Source: Takakia lepidozioides (lineage: Eukaryota; Plantae; Bryophyta). From it: a DNA stretch of 64,000 bases. The position numbers and the translations under genes are program-made. The stretch is from positions 66,898,001 through 66,962,000 of the forward strand of contig CM060733.1 of NCBI GenBank assembly GCA_030704615.1, in the 5' to 3' direction. Below, one piece after another: positions 48,536-62,029 of the stretch. The number at the start of each line of letters is the position of its first letter. Positions within the stretch are counted from its first letter, which is position 1. The notes under the pieces were generated by a model that had not been told where the DNA came from, did no database searches, and saw only the letters and a program-made list of their open reading frames with translations.

Positions 48536-51500
48536 TAATTACCGTATTGCCAAACAGAAACCGGTTGGCATTTGTAACTGTGGATTGGAATGCGGTGCCA
48601 AATTCTGCTTATGAATGGGGTCCATTGGATTTCGGCGGCACGGCATCCTTGCAAAGGAATTGCGGACGATGCTACAGGAACAGTATTTCAGCACTCAGGA
48701 GACTATGTATGGAGATGAGAATGAGTTTGCAGACATTGCCCTTCATTGCTTATACTCCACAAGATATTGGATTTCCCCCCTTACAGGGACTTGCACGGAT
48801 GAAGATTGGCAGCTCTATGAATGGAGCCGTTTTCAGTTTCCATCTGTGCCATGGAAACCATGCACCGCTTTTCTCATCGGACTGTACGTACCCGGTGGAA
48901 ATAAGGTGCCGCAATTGCTTTCGCAGATCCTATGACCGCGGATAAGTACCATATTCCTGTGGACAATCATTTCTGAAAAAAATTACTGCTCATGATTTTT
49001 TCGGCAGTTACGAGTCTGCTCATGGCTCATGCCGCTCATGGCTCATGGCTCATGAAATAGCAGCCCCCAAAGAGATAAGTAGAGCTGAGAAAGATGCCTA
49101 AAAATAGCCTGCAACCAACACATTGGAACTGCATTGAGCCCGAAAGCACTACAAGAGCAAGAACTGCAAAGCCCAAACTAGGAAGTACTACATGGGGGCA
49201 TCAAAAGATAAGGCCTTGGCTTTTCCTTTTCTAAAGGACTTGAGATGTCTCCAATTGACCTCTGGCTCATCTCTACCCAGGGGGGAGAGCTGAGAGCTAA
49301 AGGAGCTGCCAGTCAGGCGGGACGATGTCATTCCATTGAATCCTTGTTTCTGAAGTTCTGGAGCAGATCCTCCCTCCTCTGCCCCACGATTGGTCAAAAT
49401 CATGTAGGAGCTTAATGCGCCTCCTCTCTGCGCATCTAGAAATAACGGTGGGGGAGAGGGGAGAGCCAGATCCATCGGAGCCATGGGACAAACTGTCTCC
49501 ACCATTCGCACGTTGGCTACCACCAGCCCATCGCCCGCCTGAGGTTTCTCCTTTGCAAGGGCAGCAGAGTGGGTCTTCCCCGCCGCCTCCACCAACTTTT
49601 TGCCTGCAGCATAAGTCTGAGAGAGCCATGGGAGCTCAGCAGCCGCACCAATGTGGGCTGGGAATTCTTCATTTGAGATCCAGCTGAGGTTAGCCAGCCC
49701 TGTCTCTTTCAAATCAACATCAGAGAGACGAATGACATGAAGGACTTGAATCGAGTATGGGAAGGTGGAGGAGCTATCCTTATAGGAAGGAGCCAAAAAA
49801 GATGGCCGTCTCAAAGGATAAAGAGAATTGGGGGAGCTGAGCAGAGAAGATTTCATTCACCTTTGATACCACCAAGTTTAATTCATGAGAGGGCATTAAA
49901 AGTTTGCTCAAGTCCCGATCGGAAATCCACGAACTGAGAAAGGAATTTAGTCCGGTGAGCATAATGGAAGGCTAACCCTCTGGGAAGCCAGAAATTATGG
50001 GGGTGATTCTAATGCTTAGCAGCATATAAGCCTCCGGGTGGCACCACCTCAGCAGGGGAGAAGCATGAAAGAGATACCTCATGGAAGGACCGCAAGTGTG
50101 ACAACCCCACTTATATCAAAAACTACTGATGGGGAAGAACTCTATACCAAATAGACTGGCGACTTAACCGGCAGGAGGTAGACTTTTGGACTTACCGACT
50201 GGGATCCAGTGATGGTATCCCTAAAACGCTTCGCTTGGGGTTGAGCCACAGGGGTGGAGTCCATTCTCTTTCTTACCAAGGGAGAAGAAGTCACGATCCC
50301 CCTATTTCGCACTTTGATGTGATTATTTTGGAATAGGTGGGCGGTCAGGCCCTTTGTCCCCTTCCATAAAAAAATAAAAAACAAAATAAAAAAAGGTGGG
50401 CGGTCACGTTCTTAAGGAGATATGGGTATATGAGAATAGTTAATGATGCGATGATTATTATGGACCTCAAGCAACACCTAAAGACCAAGGCAGGGACTTA
50501 GAGCATGCCCAACATGCGCTCTATCTGGCGCGCTACCATCAACATTGCGCGCCCGCCGAGATCGCGCATCACGCGCTTCAAAATGGTGACCCTCACAAAA
50601 AATCGTCGTACTCCCCCGCTATCTTCCTTCCCTTTGGTGTGTGGCATTCTCCCCCGCTACCTACCGCTCAGCCTCACACGTAATGACGAGTGGCGGGGCA
50701 GGCGGCGAGGCCCACGGTCACCTTAGCCTATGCCATTACTCCACTTCGGTTATGGTGCCCTGCTGGGGCTTTTGCCAGCCGACGCGCTATCTAACTTGCC
50801 TGCCTCACCATATGCCTCGCGAGCATAGTGATAGCGCGGAGCCTCTGCTGGGCATGTTCTTAGGTGACATTATTTGTCTGTGACAGCACTATAGTGTAGG
50901 TGATTCTTCTCTCTAGTACTAGGTTGTACCTTTGTTATGGAGAGGTGCATGTCTGTAGGGTATACTCTTAGACGAATTTGAAAATTCAAAGAGCATAAGT
51001 TGGTTCTATAGGGCTGAACGTCGCAAAAGAGGAACTTTGACACTTGGATTGTAGCCGTCTCAATGTCCAGGTTGCAGTGATGGCAAACAATTGCCCGGAT
51101 CACCGTGTCGTTCTAGACAAACTTTAACAACAATAGGCAAGTAAACAAGCTGTCCAATCCCAATCCCCATCCCAATCCAAAATGAGTAATAGAATGTACT
51201 CATGATGGTCCCTGTGAACGTTGGCTTGCCATAGCCTTGCGGCCACTGACCCCGCAGGAAACACCGGGGGTTCACCCACCAGGTTTAGCTTAGCTACGGG
51301 GTGTAAACTTTTATTCCTGCAACTGTCATTAAGGCATTCACAGTGAACCACAAAAATTAGAGTTATTGTGAGGTTTACCTTGAGAGAAGGGGTTTGTGCC
51401 AAGCCATCCTTGCCATGTTGTGGCCATCTCTTGTTACATCATACCTCCCATGTTCAAGGCCAGTCTAAAGTAAAGGAAATTTTGCAGATTAATCAAGTAG

Positions 51501-52003
51501 ACTTGCCAAGACACCGGTATCACTTTACCGAATTCAATCTTCATTCCATTCAGGGTGACATTCACCTACCCTGTGACCTGGCACATAATGTCTTACATGC
51601 CCATCTTGCAAATGAAAATGCCTTATCATGCACACTCAGGTTCCATACAACAAAAAAATCATGCAGAAAGATCTCCTAGTGTAGGTTCTCATTACCAATG
51701 GGGTATTTACGCTACCCATGCAGATCAAAGTTTACACAAGCATCCAAAACTCCAAGCCAATCTCATTTGCTGACTCAGAGTCATATAAACTTACAACACG
51801 GAAAATCTCAAAACTTCTCTTGTACCTTAAACATTGTAATTTTTTCAAATGGCAAAACTTCATTCACATCAGCTTTGATACTCTATGCTACACCACCGGT
51901 AGTTAAAAAGACAAACCTACCCTGGACTCTCAGCTTTAAAACAGTTTTGCACCAGACATACAGACATCTCTAAAGAGACCTCACGAATTTGTACAAGATG
52001 GAT

Positions 52004-52400
52004 TTAGTCAGCACTCTCTTCCTCCTCAGCATCCTCAAATCGTGGGTCCTGCATCAGCAGCTGTCATGCACCGAAAACAATAATCACTTGATGTATCATA
52101 CACCATCCCTACAACTGGTCTCCTAAGAAAATCTAGGTTTTCAATAGTCCTACAAGAGGTGTCTCAACACATAACAAATTGACAAGTTTCAAACCCTTGA
52201 CCAGTTACAGCAATATCATTGAGTTGTATCGGGAACCCACAACTAGCGTTCAAAAACCTTTAAACAAGGACAACACTGTTGGAGATGGGAATGATACCTC
52301 AGCAAGACCGTTATGATTGTCCAAAGGGTTGGCTCCAATGACATCGGCCAGCTCCTCATCCTCATTAAAGAACCACTCCCCCTCGCCTTCTTCTGGGCTC
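52004..52400 (-). pseudogene. Last two exons of a pICln-like (chloride conductance regulator/methylosome subunit) gene
   Basis: EGEWFFNEDEELADVIG...GLAE|gt and ag|LLMQDPRFEDAEEEESAD*, resembling the plant pICln tail (LQINDQRFEDAEE). Confidence 0.6.
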
Positions 52401-52869
52401 ACGTAGAATACGAACAAGAACCAACATCCACAAAAGTATTGAGCCACTTGATACAAAATTTCCTCATCCCATTAAGGTATAGGTGTCTGTCTGTTTGTCT
52501 CTCTGTCCCACTCAATTACACCAATCCTACTTGCTTGCATTTCCAAATGTTGTTTTTGATTTAGTAGGAAGACCATGGACTGCTTACAGTTGAAAATGGC
52601 ACACATGATTGCTCTAATAAACACCTTTGTAGCATGACATATTCTGAATATTACTCCTATTTATAGTATGCTTGGGAAAACCCAAAATATTCTCAACCTC
52701 CTTGGAAACTAGGCTTTGAAGGATGCCCAACAAATACCCACAGCAGGGTTGTTGAAAAGAGGGAAGAGACATACATACTCTTACATACTAAACAGCCACT
52801 AAACAGTAGTATGCAGTAGTTCATCCCTACGAAAAACCAAACTGCACAAACCTAGCAATTGCCAAAGAC

Positions 52870-53028
52870 TGCTGAGTTGAGAGGAGCACTGAAGGAGAGG
52901 AATGCGGACGGAGGGACGTGTTTGGACGCTGCCGAGGATGAGAGGATAGCCCAGATACAGTCACTAGTGGGGATAGTGCTCGGTGAGGAGATTGTGGAGC
53001 TCACTGGCACTCTTTATGTGACTACCAG
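52870..53028 (+). pseudogene. First exon of a pICln-like gene
   Basis: LKERNADGGTCLDAAEDERIAQIQSLVGIVLG...GTLYVTTR|gt resembles the plant pICln N-terminus ending GTLYITSR. Confidence 0.68.
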
Positions 53029-53894
53029 GTTGTTAGTCATATCCTTCTGTCGTGCATTCAATCAGTTTATGTTGGGAATATGGACTTCTGGAGGAACCGC
53101 ATTCTATGGTGCTCTCTGTTGTCTGCTAAATTCGTAGAAGGTAATGCTCTCAAAATATTTGAAAGAAAGCGCTCCCTAATCCATCTGTTAGCTCAGTTTT
53201 CCGCAGCTGAGTATGGCTAACAAATTTGGATGCTGGTGGGCGGGAGGGTCGCTATTCATTTGGGGGCTATCCCTCAAGTCTAAGGTGTAGCCAACAGTTC
53301 CATAGTTCAAAGGGGATGGTCAATGTGGGTACATGTTCTTCCCTCCCTTCCTTGGCTCCCTCTATTTTTCGCTCTGGACACATTTTTGCTGGGTGTGGCT
53401 AATCAAGTTGTCAACACTTTGCTTAAAGATATGTTTGTAATATTCTCCAAGTGTCTCTTAACACATCAAGTCGACCTGATAACTCAAGGCCAATTGGATT
53501 TGGCAGCTTCCGTGAAAGACGTTGTATGGATCATTGATCGACTGTCACAAGCATGGGTAGTCTCTCTTGGGCCTGATGCTGTTGGGATAGACATGTTGAA
53601 GTGGCCCTGCGTGAGTGCAGGCGATTGGTGTGGTTGAGTGACGAAGATGTGCACAAAGGCTATGCTGTTGACTTTTTGTCGCTAACGATGCACGCCATAT
53701 CTAGAGATGCTGAGGCTTTTCCACTGCCCTGCATCTACACTCAGGTCTCCCTTTTTCATTGTTTGAATGGATGAAGGGTTGCTGCCCTCTTTGGATTTGC
53801 TAGTCCATGCGGAAGTCAAAACCTAGCGCCCTATTTGAAACACTGACAGGAGCATGATGGAATCTGGTAGTAGCACTGAACTGACTGGCCCTGG

Positions 53895-54060
53895 AATTGG
53901 AAAAATGGCGCCGAATTTCGGTTTTCGGTGCCAGCCACCCTAGGGACTTAGCCATTTTGGGAGCCCTGAATTGGAAATTAGGCGCCATTTTCCCAGTTCT
54001 AGGCCCAGTCAGTTCCGCCCCAACCTGGGAAAATGGTGCCGAATTTCCAGTTCAGGGACC
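53895..54060. repeat. Three degenerate A-type palindromes
   Basis: GGAAAAATGGCGCCGAATTTC (53899), GGAAATTAGGCGCCATTTTCC, GGAAAATGGTGCCGAATTTCC; same form as at 22395-22565. Confidence 0.75.
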
Positions 54061-54084
54061 TCATTTTGTGTTTTTCATGAATGC

Positions 54085-56438
54085 AGGTAGTGCAAGTTCT
54101 CCCTTTTGGAGAAAGGTCATTTGTCTTTCGAGCCACCATTCTTCCTGGCATGGAGGAACCCTGACTCCATGTACACTGACGTTATTGTGAAGAAGTGGCA
54201 TCTGGAACATTTGCGTGATTGCCCTTGGTATGTGGACCTTCCGCCCGGCTCGCTCGACCCATCCGAGTTTCAATTGAACTTGGATGCTGAGGCCCGACGA
54301 AACCGGGCTCCGCTGCCTCCGCTGGGTCCAAAAGAGGCAAAAGCGCAAGCAAACTCCAGGAAAGCGGCAGAGCTTGCTCAGGCAGGAATTCAGGAGAAAT
54401 TGAATGAGAAGAATAAAGGCGAAAGGAAAAGGACAAGGAAACAGGTGAGTATAGTAACACCCAAAAAATAGAAAACCATCGGGGCATCGGAGGAGGCGCA
54501 GGAGGGGACCCAAGGGAGTGACTCGGACGACGACTTTGTTCAAGGTTCTGCGACTACTGCTGCTGCTACCAAGTCACCGGTCGTCCGGGTTCCCAAGTCA
54601 GTTCGGAGTGGGACTGGCTCTGCCAAGAAGTTGGCATTTGAGGGCGAGCCTACACGGCGGTATTTGGCGGTGACGTTTACGCACAGGCCAAAGCTAGAAC
54701 CTCCAACCATCATCCAATGCGTCAATGAGAGCTTCCTTGACGCTCTCGCTACCAGGGCAAAGAAGGTGGCACACAGTAAGTCTCTAGCGGAGCAGAAGGG
54801 GAAAGCCAAGAAGAGGGCTGCCGGTACAGAGCCTAAAGACACCCCTGGTTTTGAAGCCATGATGGAATTCTTCACGGCTGTGAGCACGGATTGCAAGAGC
54901 ACTCGGGGGGGGGGGGGTTAAGGTGGAGAGAGCTTGCGATATGATTCTCCTCGACATTCCAGATGGGGAGCTGCTGGAGGGCCTGGATGGTGTGCCCAAC
55001 TGGAACAGGTTTACTGAGGACTACTGGAAAGCCGGGTTTGGGCTGGCGGGGATGGTCCTGGATGACGGTGGATGTGTGGTTGTCCTTGCCACAAGAGGGA
55101 AGACCACAGAGAATGCGGTGGCAAGATGGACACCGAAAAGTGTCACCCCGGTCCTCCTCAAAAAATGGTTCTGCATCAATACACAGGGGTTGCGAACAGA
55201 GGGCCAAAGTGTAAGTTATCAATCTATTGCATTCACCTCATATTGTGGTGTATCTAAACTAGATCCCGGAGTTGATCCCTCTTTTGTTGGATGTGCAGAC
55301 ATTGGTGTTTGAGGCATATTACTTTGTGAAGAGAGGGTCTACGTTCAAATTCCGCAACGACGGTCGTCTTGTTGATGCCGCTGTGGACCCTGTTACCTAC
55401 GATGTCCTCTACAACTATGTGCCCCACTCCAGTATGCCGAAGGACACAAAGACAGGCAAACCGTGGCGGTACAGCCGGACCCGGAGCCCTGCTTTCATCC
55501 AAACCCTCATGGAGACGTGCTCGGATGTCCAAGGGCGGATTCTTGACCTCACATGTTGCACGGGTAAGCCTTCACGTGCTCAGTTTGTCCCCTGGCCCGA
55601 TTGCAATTGCATGCCGCAAGCTATTTACCGCCCGCTTTGTTCCTCAGGTGCTTCAATGTGGGCAGGGACGTTGTCCGACAGGCATGTGTTCACCTTCGAG
55701 CCAGATACTGCCCTCCACAACTCGGAACTTGCAGTGGCTGAACGTCTGCCCAAAGAGGAAGAGGCACCCTCGGAGGATGAGGAAAAATCCGAGAAGGAGC
55801 AGGGGGAGGAACAAGTTGGGATCGAGGCCGAGGAGCCCCCGGTTTACGAGTGAGTGGTCGCATTGTAAGTTGCCTCCAGATTTCGTGAGGCACCTCCCTT
55901 TGCTCTCTTATTTCATTGAAAACCCTTTCTGCTTCTGCTGGTATTGACATTCTTGAAGTGGATTTGTTCTTACTGTAGGATGTCAAGTACTGCAGGAGGG
56001 ACGTCTACACCGGAGTTCATGGGCAGGAGGAACGTGCCTTTTTTTGCCAGGGGGGATTTCATGCCTAGTCCAGAAAGGGACTACATCCTTCCTACTTATG
56101 CTGCCCGGCTTGCTTCGGTGTCCATTAGGAGGTCTTTTGAACCTAGTCGTGTACAACAGATTTTAGACGAGGCAAGCCTCAAGAAAATGAAGATGAGGGA
56201 GGAGGCAACAGATATAAGAGCCCGTCGGGCTCGTAGATTTGTCTTGGATTCTACTGAGGAAAGTGGGGGAGAAGAGGCAGAAGATTCCCAGGAGGTGAGG
56301 TGGACAGTCCCCCAAGGAGAGGACGGAATTTTTGAGAGGCATAGTGCAACCGATGCATCACAGAGCTCGGAGGATGGGGGGGATGAGGGGGATGAGGAAG
56401 AAGGAGGGCCAAGTTCCTCGGAAGGTGTAGGAGAGTAG
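54085..56438 (+). pseudogene. C-terminal half of the ParB-MTase-like gene (MTase-fold exons)
   Basis: CPWYVD, TIIQCVNESFL, CDMILLDIPDG (DIPD at 54953), PWRYSRTRSPAFIQTLMETCS, RILDLTCCTG, GASMWAG..SDRHVFTFE. Confidence 0.8.
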
Positions 56439-56604
56439 TTCCCATTCCTGCTATGTCAGTTAGGACACACTTGTATAGACTTGGCTTGCCACAAAATTTG
56501 CAATAAAATGTTGCATTTCATTGCTATGACGAGTCCACATGACCCTATTTCCGTGCCTCCTAACCCTATTTCCGTGGACACAAAATGGCCCGCTCATGTT
56601 TTTT

Positions 56605-56648
56605 TTTTTTCCGCTTATGCTCATGCCGCTCATGAAATAGCAGCCCCC
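56605..56648. repeat. GGGGG-type terminus of a Mutator-like copy
   Basis: GCTCATGCCGCTCATGAAATAGCAGCCCCC, same end as 49068. Confidence 0.85.
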
Positions 56649-56748
56649 AAGTAAGTCGTCCGCCCATTTCCCTCTGCTCATCCTTCCCCAATTTTTAGTA
56701 ATTTTCCACATGAATTGAATGTAACGCTTCTGCATGTTTTTGTTGGCA

Positions 56749-59700
56749 GTCAAACATCAAGCTGGATTTGGCCCATGCCAAACGCTTCTTCATGGAAAGT
56801 GAGGGGCAGGTCAAAATGTTGCAGTCATTGACTGAGCACTTGAAGGAAGCTGGGGTCAAGTCCAGAACAAAATACAAGTCAAAGCTTGTGAAGCTGGTGG
56901 CCATTGCAGATCCGGCACTTGGAAAGGACTTCATCCCCGAGATTGCAAAACACTATTCTCGGGCCATGCAGCCGACCATGCAGTTGGAGAAACTGCATCA
57001 CCTCTCAACGGCATGTATTGAGGCGAAAGAGAAGGTGAGGTTTCATTACACTGAAGTTCCTTCCTAGCAATAGCCACTCGACTTCCTGCTCCTGACATTG
57101 GATCGGAAATTGCAGACACGGTGGCTGTCGATCTGGAATGCATCGGAGAGTATAAGGACAATGTGGTCTTTCCCACTCGAAGTTTCCGACCCTGCAGTGG
57201 ATGTGTGGCTCAACCGCATGAATTGGTGGTTCCAGGTAATTCAAGGTACTTTCCCCGATTTGCTTTTCTGAAATGAATTCCCTGAACTGCTACGTGACAA
57301 TGCATGTGGGAATCGCAGGTAATGACGAATGCGAAGGAGCAAGTCGTAATGCATACAAATTCGTTCGGCTTGTACGTCAAATGGGATGGAACACAGACAT
57401 TGGAAGACTACGTGACACGTTTCAGATGTGCGTACAAGGACAACCTCTTCGCCAGGGAGCTGCAGACAGCAAGAAGGACGTGGAGTTCACACATCAGGAG
57501 GGAGCGGGAAAAGCTGCAATGCGAATTGTTTACAGGTGAAGCCCAGTTGCCCTTGTATGCAAAGCTTGGTTATGAGGTTTGTCTGGGAAATGCGGCACCG
57601 CATTCGCATTTTATGATTTCAGTTGCACTCTGCGAATACGTCGATCTCAATTTCTGCTCACGCATGCTGACTGCCCTGCAGGTATATGAAATATGTGCTT
57701 CTTCAGACAGGGGCCTTGGCTCAAGAGCCCCCGTTCTTCATGGCTTGGACCGTGGCGGGCCCAAGCTGTGTCTACACACCCGAGATGCAGAAACAATGGC
57801 ATGCCGCGCATGTCGTTGGATGCCCGTGGTACCTGGACATGTTTGGCGGAATTGTTGACGAGTGTGAGAAAGATCTGCACATGAAAGCAGAAGAGAAGAG
57901 AAAGGAAAGACGTGTCCCTGTTGGGCCACAGTCGGCAAAGGAAGCTGCTGCTCTGGAACAATCCAGAAAGGCAGCTAAGATGGCACATAAGACGGTAGAT
58001 GCAGCTGTGCAGGCTCAACAAAAGGGGTCGAAGAAGAGGACTCGCCAGCCAGGAGCAGCAGTTGTGACACCCAAGAAAACGAAGAAGCAGAAATAGAAAG
58101 ACTGGGAAGAGGGTGACGAAGAGGACTCCGATGGAGACTTTGCAACCAGCCCGCCCCCCGAAACGCAGCCGAAATCCCCTGTGCCCACCGTTGTCACGAG
58201 AGGGACGAGAACAGGGTCGGCAAAGAAGGCACTCTTCAACCCCCCGGGGGGGCACCCTTTCGAGCCAGTGGAAATTAAGAGGCCAAGAGTGGATCCCCAT
58301 ACAATAGTCCAGTGTGTAAATGAGAGTTTCTTGGCGGCTTTGGATGGACGGGCAGCCAAGTTGGCATACATGAAGACCATGGAGGGTCTGAAGGGCAGAG
58401 CACTGAAGAAGGCGGCTGCCGAAGAGCCTTCTGACACCCCTGGGTTTCTGAAGATGGTCTCGTTCTTTGAGAGGACGTGTCCGGACAAGGATTGTAGGAG
58501 GGGCGGAAAAGCCACCGAGTGGTCTTGCGATATGATCATCTTGGATATTCCGGACGGAGAGCCTGTGGAAGGACTGCAAGCTTTGCCATCTTGGAACAGG
58601 TACTCCGAGGACTTTTGGAAGAAAGGATTCGGGCTCGCCCGCATGGTGTTGGACGACAGAGGCTGCGTGGTTGTCCTAGCAAGCAGAGGCAAAAACACGC
58701 AAACATGAATTACGAAGTGGACCCGCAAGAGCGCCGTCCCAATTCTGAAGAAGGAGTGGATGTGCATCAACACATTGGGCCTTTGGTCGGAACGGAAGAA
58801 GGTAATTATGACATTGGCACTCATCCTTTCATTTTGTTAGGTGTTTTGAAATGTGGTGCCGCATTCGATTTCTAATCGTTCCCCACTGTGTATGCAGACG
58901 AAGCAGTTCGATGCATACTGCTTTGTGAAGGAGAACTCCACCTTTGCTTTCCGGAAGGATGGATTGTTGGTTGACCCGAACTGCGACCCCATCGATTACG
59001 ACGTCCTGTTCAACAACGTTCCCACGGAACTTCTCCCTCATAGCCTCACTTCAACGGAACCCCTGCGGTATTCACGGAGCCTTCATTCAGACAATTATGG
59101 AGACATGCACTGACGTGGAGGGCACAGTGCTCGACCTCATCTGTGGGACAGGTATGCAAATCTTGTACTATGTTGTTATGCAAATTCTCATTATGCTTTA
59201 ATTTGCAACATCTGAAGGGCCCTGTTATAATGTGTGGATGGCATTGTAACAGGTGCCTCAATGTGGGCTGGACGGTTTTCCGACCGGCACCTCTTTGCCT
59301 ACGAGGAAGACACATCCGTCTGGGGATCCCATCTGGAAGGGCTTCAACGGAATGTGAAGGCTCCCATCGAAGCCAAAGATTCCTCGGATTCATCGGAGTC
59401 GGAGGAAGAGACAGTGGACATTGATGCCGAGGAGAACCCGGAATATGAGTGAGTGCAAACATTGTAAGTTTGCAAAGCCTTCTGGGTGATTTTTTGTCAA
59501 ACGCATTTCCAGACTGTGGTTCTCATTGGTCTCGTGGGTGATTGTTATGTGCAAGATTCCAGGATCCGGGTTGAAACATGTAGGGCCTACACTTCTTGCC
59601 AGGAAGAATGTCCCATTCTTTGCGAGGGCCGACTTCATGACGAGCCCGGTGAAGGACTACTCCCTTCCTAGTTATGCAGCTAAACTCGCAAATACAGCGA

Positions 59701-60014
59701 TTAGACGATGTGAGAATACCAGTAAAGTAGAACAGATTTTGGAGAGGGCTAGGGAGGACAGAAGGATAAGCAAAGAGTTGGCAGCAGCTGAGACAAGTAG
59801 ACGGGTGCGAAAGTTCATATGTGATTCAGCGGATGAGAGCGATGCAGACAAGGAGGACGACGACCCAACGGAGGTGAGATGGTCGGTTCTGCAAGGGGAA
59901 GATGGGATTTTTGAAAGCCTGGCCAATGAGCAGTCCGCTGGAGATGACGGGGTGGAAGCAGAGCAGGACATTCAAAGACAGGACGACGATAGTGATGATT
60001 TTCAAGATTGGTAG
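56749..60014 (+). pseudogene. Another ParB-MTase-like copy (middle and C-terminal exons)
   Basis: IADPALGKDF...MQLEKLHHL matches 25219..26058; CDMIILDIPDG (DIPD at 58544); VLDLICGTG; GASMWAGRFSDRHLFAYE; PFFARADF tail exon. Confidence 0.8.
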
Positions 60015-60142
60015 AATTTAAATGATCCGTACATTTAAATTCTCTTCCAGAGTATATAAAGGAAATTCTCCCCGTCCTTCATGTCCCCTCTCCCATGTGC
60101 TTCTCAACGACACCATCGTCCAAACCACGTCCCTCCGAAAAT

Positions 60143-61060
60143 CGGAAATGCGGCACCGCATTTCCAAAACCGGGGCAAGAACAATTTTCCGTTTCATGGT
60201 TTGGACATCAGAAACTGTTCGGCCGAACGGAAATGCGGTGCCGCATTTCCGTTTTCGACATGGCAGTTTTGCCGATTGCCAGCTCCTTCCATGGAGGTAA
60301 ATGGAAATGCCACCCCGCATGCGGAGGCCGAACACGTTATTTAAATGGCGGACGTGGAAATGCGGTGCCGCATTTCCATTTTGGAGATGGACGTTTTTCC
60401 AACTCCAGACCCATCGACGGAACTGCGGCTCCGCATTCCATGATTCTGGACGGGAATGCGGCACCGCATTCCATTGACCAATAAGAAATTTTGATGACGT
60501 ACATGGAAATGCATCGCCGCATTTCCAGAACGGACATCGTTGTTTGTCCAATTCCAGACCCTTGGACGGAAATGCGGCGCCACATTCCATCGTGTTGGAC
60601 GGAAATGCGGCACCGCATTCCATTGTCCAATAAGAACTTTCGATTGCCAAACATGGAAATGCGGCGCCGCATTTCCAAAACAGACATCGTTGTTTGTCCA
60701 ATTCCAGACCCTTGGACTGAAATGCGTGTGGGCATTCCGTCTTGCTGGACGGAAATGCGGCACCGCATTCCATTGTCCAATACGAAATTTTGATGACGGA
60801 CATGGAAATGCGGTGCCGCATTTCAGAACGGACATCGTTGATTGTCCAATTCCAGACCCTTCGACGGAAATGCAGCACCGCATTCCATTGTCCAATAAGA
60901 AAATTTGATGACGGACATGGAAATGCGGTGCCGCATTTCCAATTCGAAGTATGGTAATGCCATGTCAAGAAATGAACTGCGGTACAACATTTCCGTTACG
61001 ACCACAATGGATGAAAGGGAGCTGCCAGAAGAAAAATGAAATGCGGTGCCGAATTTCCGA
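60143..61060. repeat. Palindrome array B2: about 17 copies of GGAAATGCGGYRCCGCATT(T)CC
   Basis: Includes ~150-bp higher-order units in 60450-60940. Confidence 0.95.
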
Positions 61061-61333
61061 GCTTCAGCATGTACATGTTTCCTTTTACTCATACATGGAT
61101 TTCCTTCACTTCAGGACTCTGGTATCGCTGACTCTAGTATATTCATGTGGACAGACACATTGTAGAAATGAGACCACAAATTGTAAACAGTGGGCCAATT
61201 ACGGCAGTTCTTGAACACAATGAAACAGAGCACACAGAAGTGAGGTACGATGGGTTGTTTTATTGATTGAACACGGTGTCTCACATTTAGCAACTCCAAA
61301 CAAATCTAAGCCCTTCCTCCTTCTACATGGGCG

Positions 61334-62017
61334 TCACCAAGTCGACGGAACTTCGATAGCCCTCAAAACAAGCTCATTACTGATGCGGCACCTCGAGGTA
61401 AACTGCAATGCGGTCGATCTGGTGCCCTTGGTGGAGCTGACGACAATGTCATGCCCATCAATCATACCACCATCATACATCGACAAGGTCACTGTGGGCC
61501 TCCTATGCCCGTGCGATTCGTCTTCGCAACTCAGCCGAATGTCTCCATACACTGGAAAAGCGGAGTGAACTTCACGAACATAGTTTTCCCCGGTGCCGTC
61601 CTCCCTGGTCCACTGGCAGCAGTTCCAGCGCCAAAGTGAGGCCGTGCGTGATCTGTCCGGCATCCCATTCCACCTTGGTATATCGAGGTCAACAATTTTC
61701 AGGACCCACGGACCGCATTGACCCTCGCCCTCACCTCGCTCAAAGCGGTAATAGCCCTCCAAATACTCCATTGCGCGCAAAGACTCCCACTTGATTCCAC
61801 AAGCGTCAATGAAAACAGAGAGCCAGACAATGATGTCTCCTGATTCTGGTTTGAACATAGAATAATCGTGGCCATGATAAGGGCAGTCAACAGGATTTTG
61901 GTGGCACGGCATCCTTGAAAAAGATGAGTGGAATACGCTCAATGACAGAGGCAGCAGCGCGGTGGCTGGAAGAAGTTCAAGCAAACGCTGCAATTCCTCA
62001 CAAACACTCCAGGGCAC
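61334..62017 (-). CDS. Unknown protein, paralogue of 62221..62932
   Basis: Open 227-aa frame; shares CPY.G.DY.M...SGDI..W, WNCCQWT and DGGMI.GHDIVV with the adjacent opposite-strand copy. Confidence 0.6.
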   Translation of the reverse strand: MPWSVCEELQRLLELLPATALLPLSLSVFHSSFSRMPCHQNPVDCPYHGHDYSMFKPESGDIIVWLSVFIDACGIKWESLRAMEYLEGYYRFERGEGEGQCGPWVLKIVDLDIPRWNGMPDRSRTASLWRWNCCQWTREDGTGENYVREVHSAFPVYGDIRLSCEDESHGHRRPTVTLSMYDGGMIDGHDIVVSSTKGTRSTALQFTSRCRISNELVLRAIEVPSTW

Positions 62018-62029
62018 ATTTAAATTTCC

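Larger units (their letters stand above)
40945..49068. mobile_element. Non-autonomous Mutator-like element (8124 bp, subfamily B) with both termini and an 8-bp TSD
   Basis: Left GAGGTTTACTATTTCATGAGC; right end rc GGGGGCTGCTATTTCATGAGC; flanks AGAGAGAT (40937-40944) and AAAGAGAT (49069-49076), 7/8 identical; CATGAGC subterminal repeats at both ends. Confidence 0.85.

Noticed and set aside
49188-51970. Possible LINE ORF1 remnant and membrane-protein gene fragments
   Set aside because: No diagnostic motif recognisable by eye.
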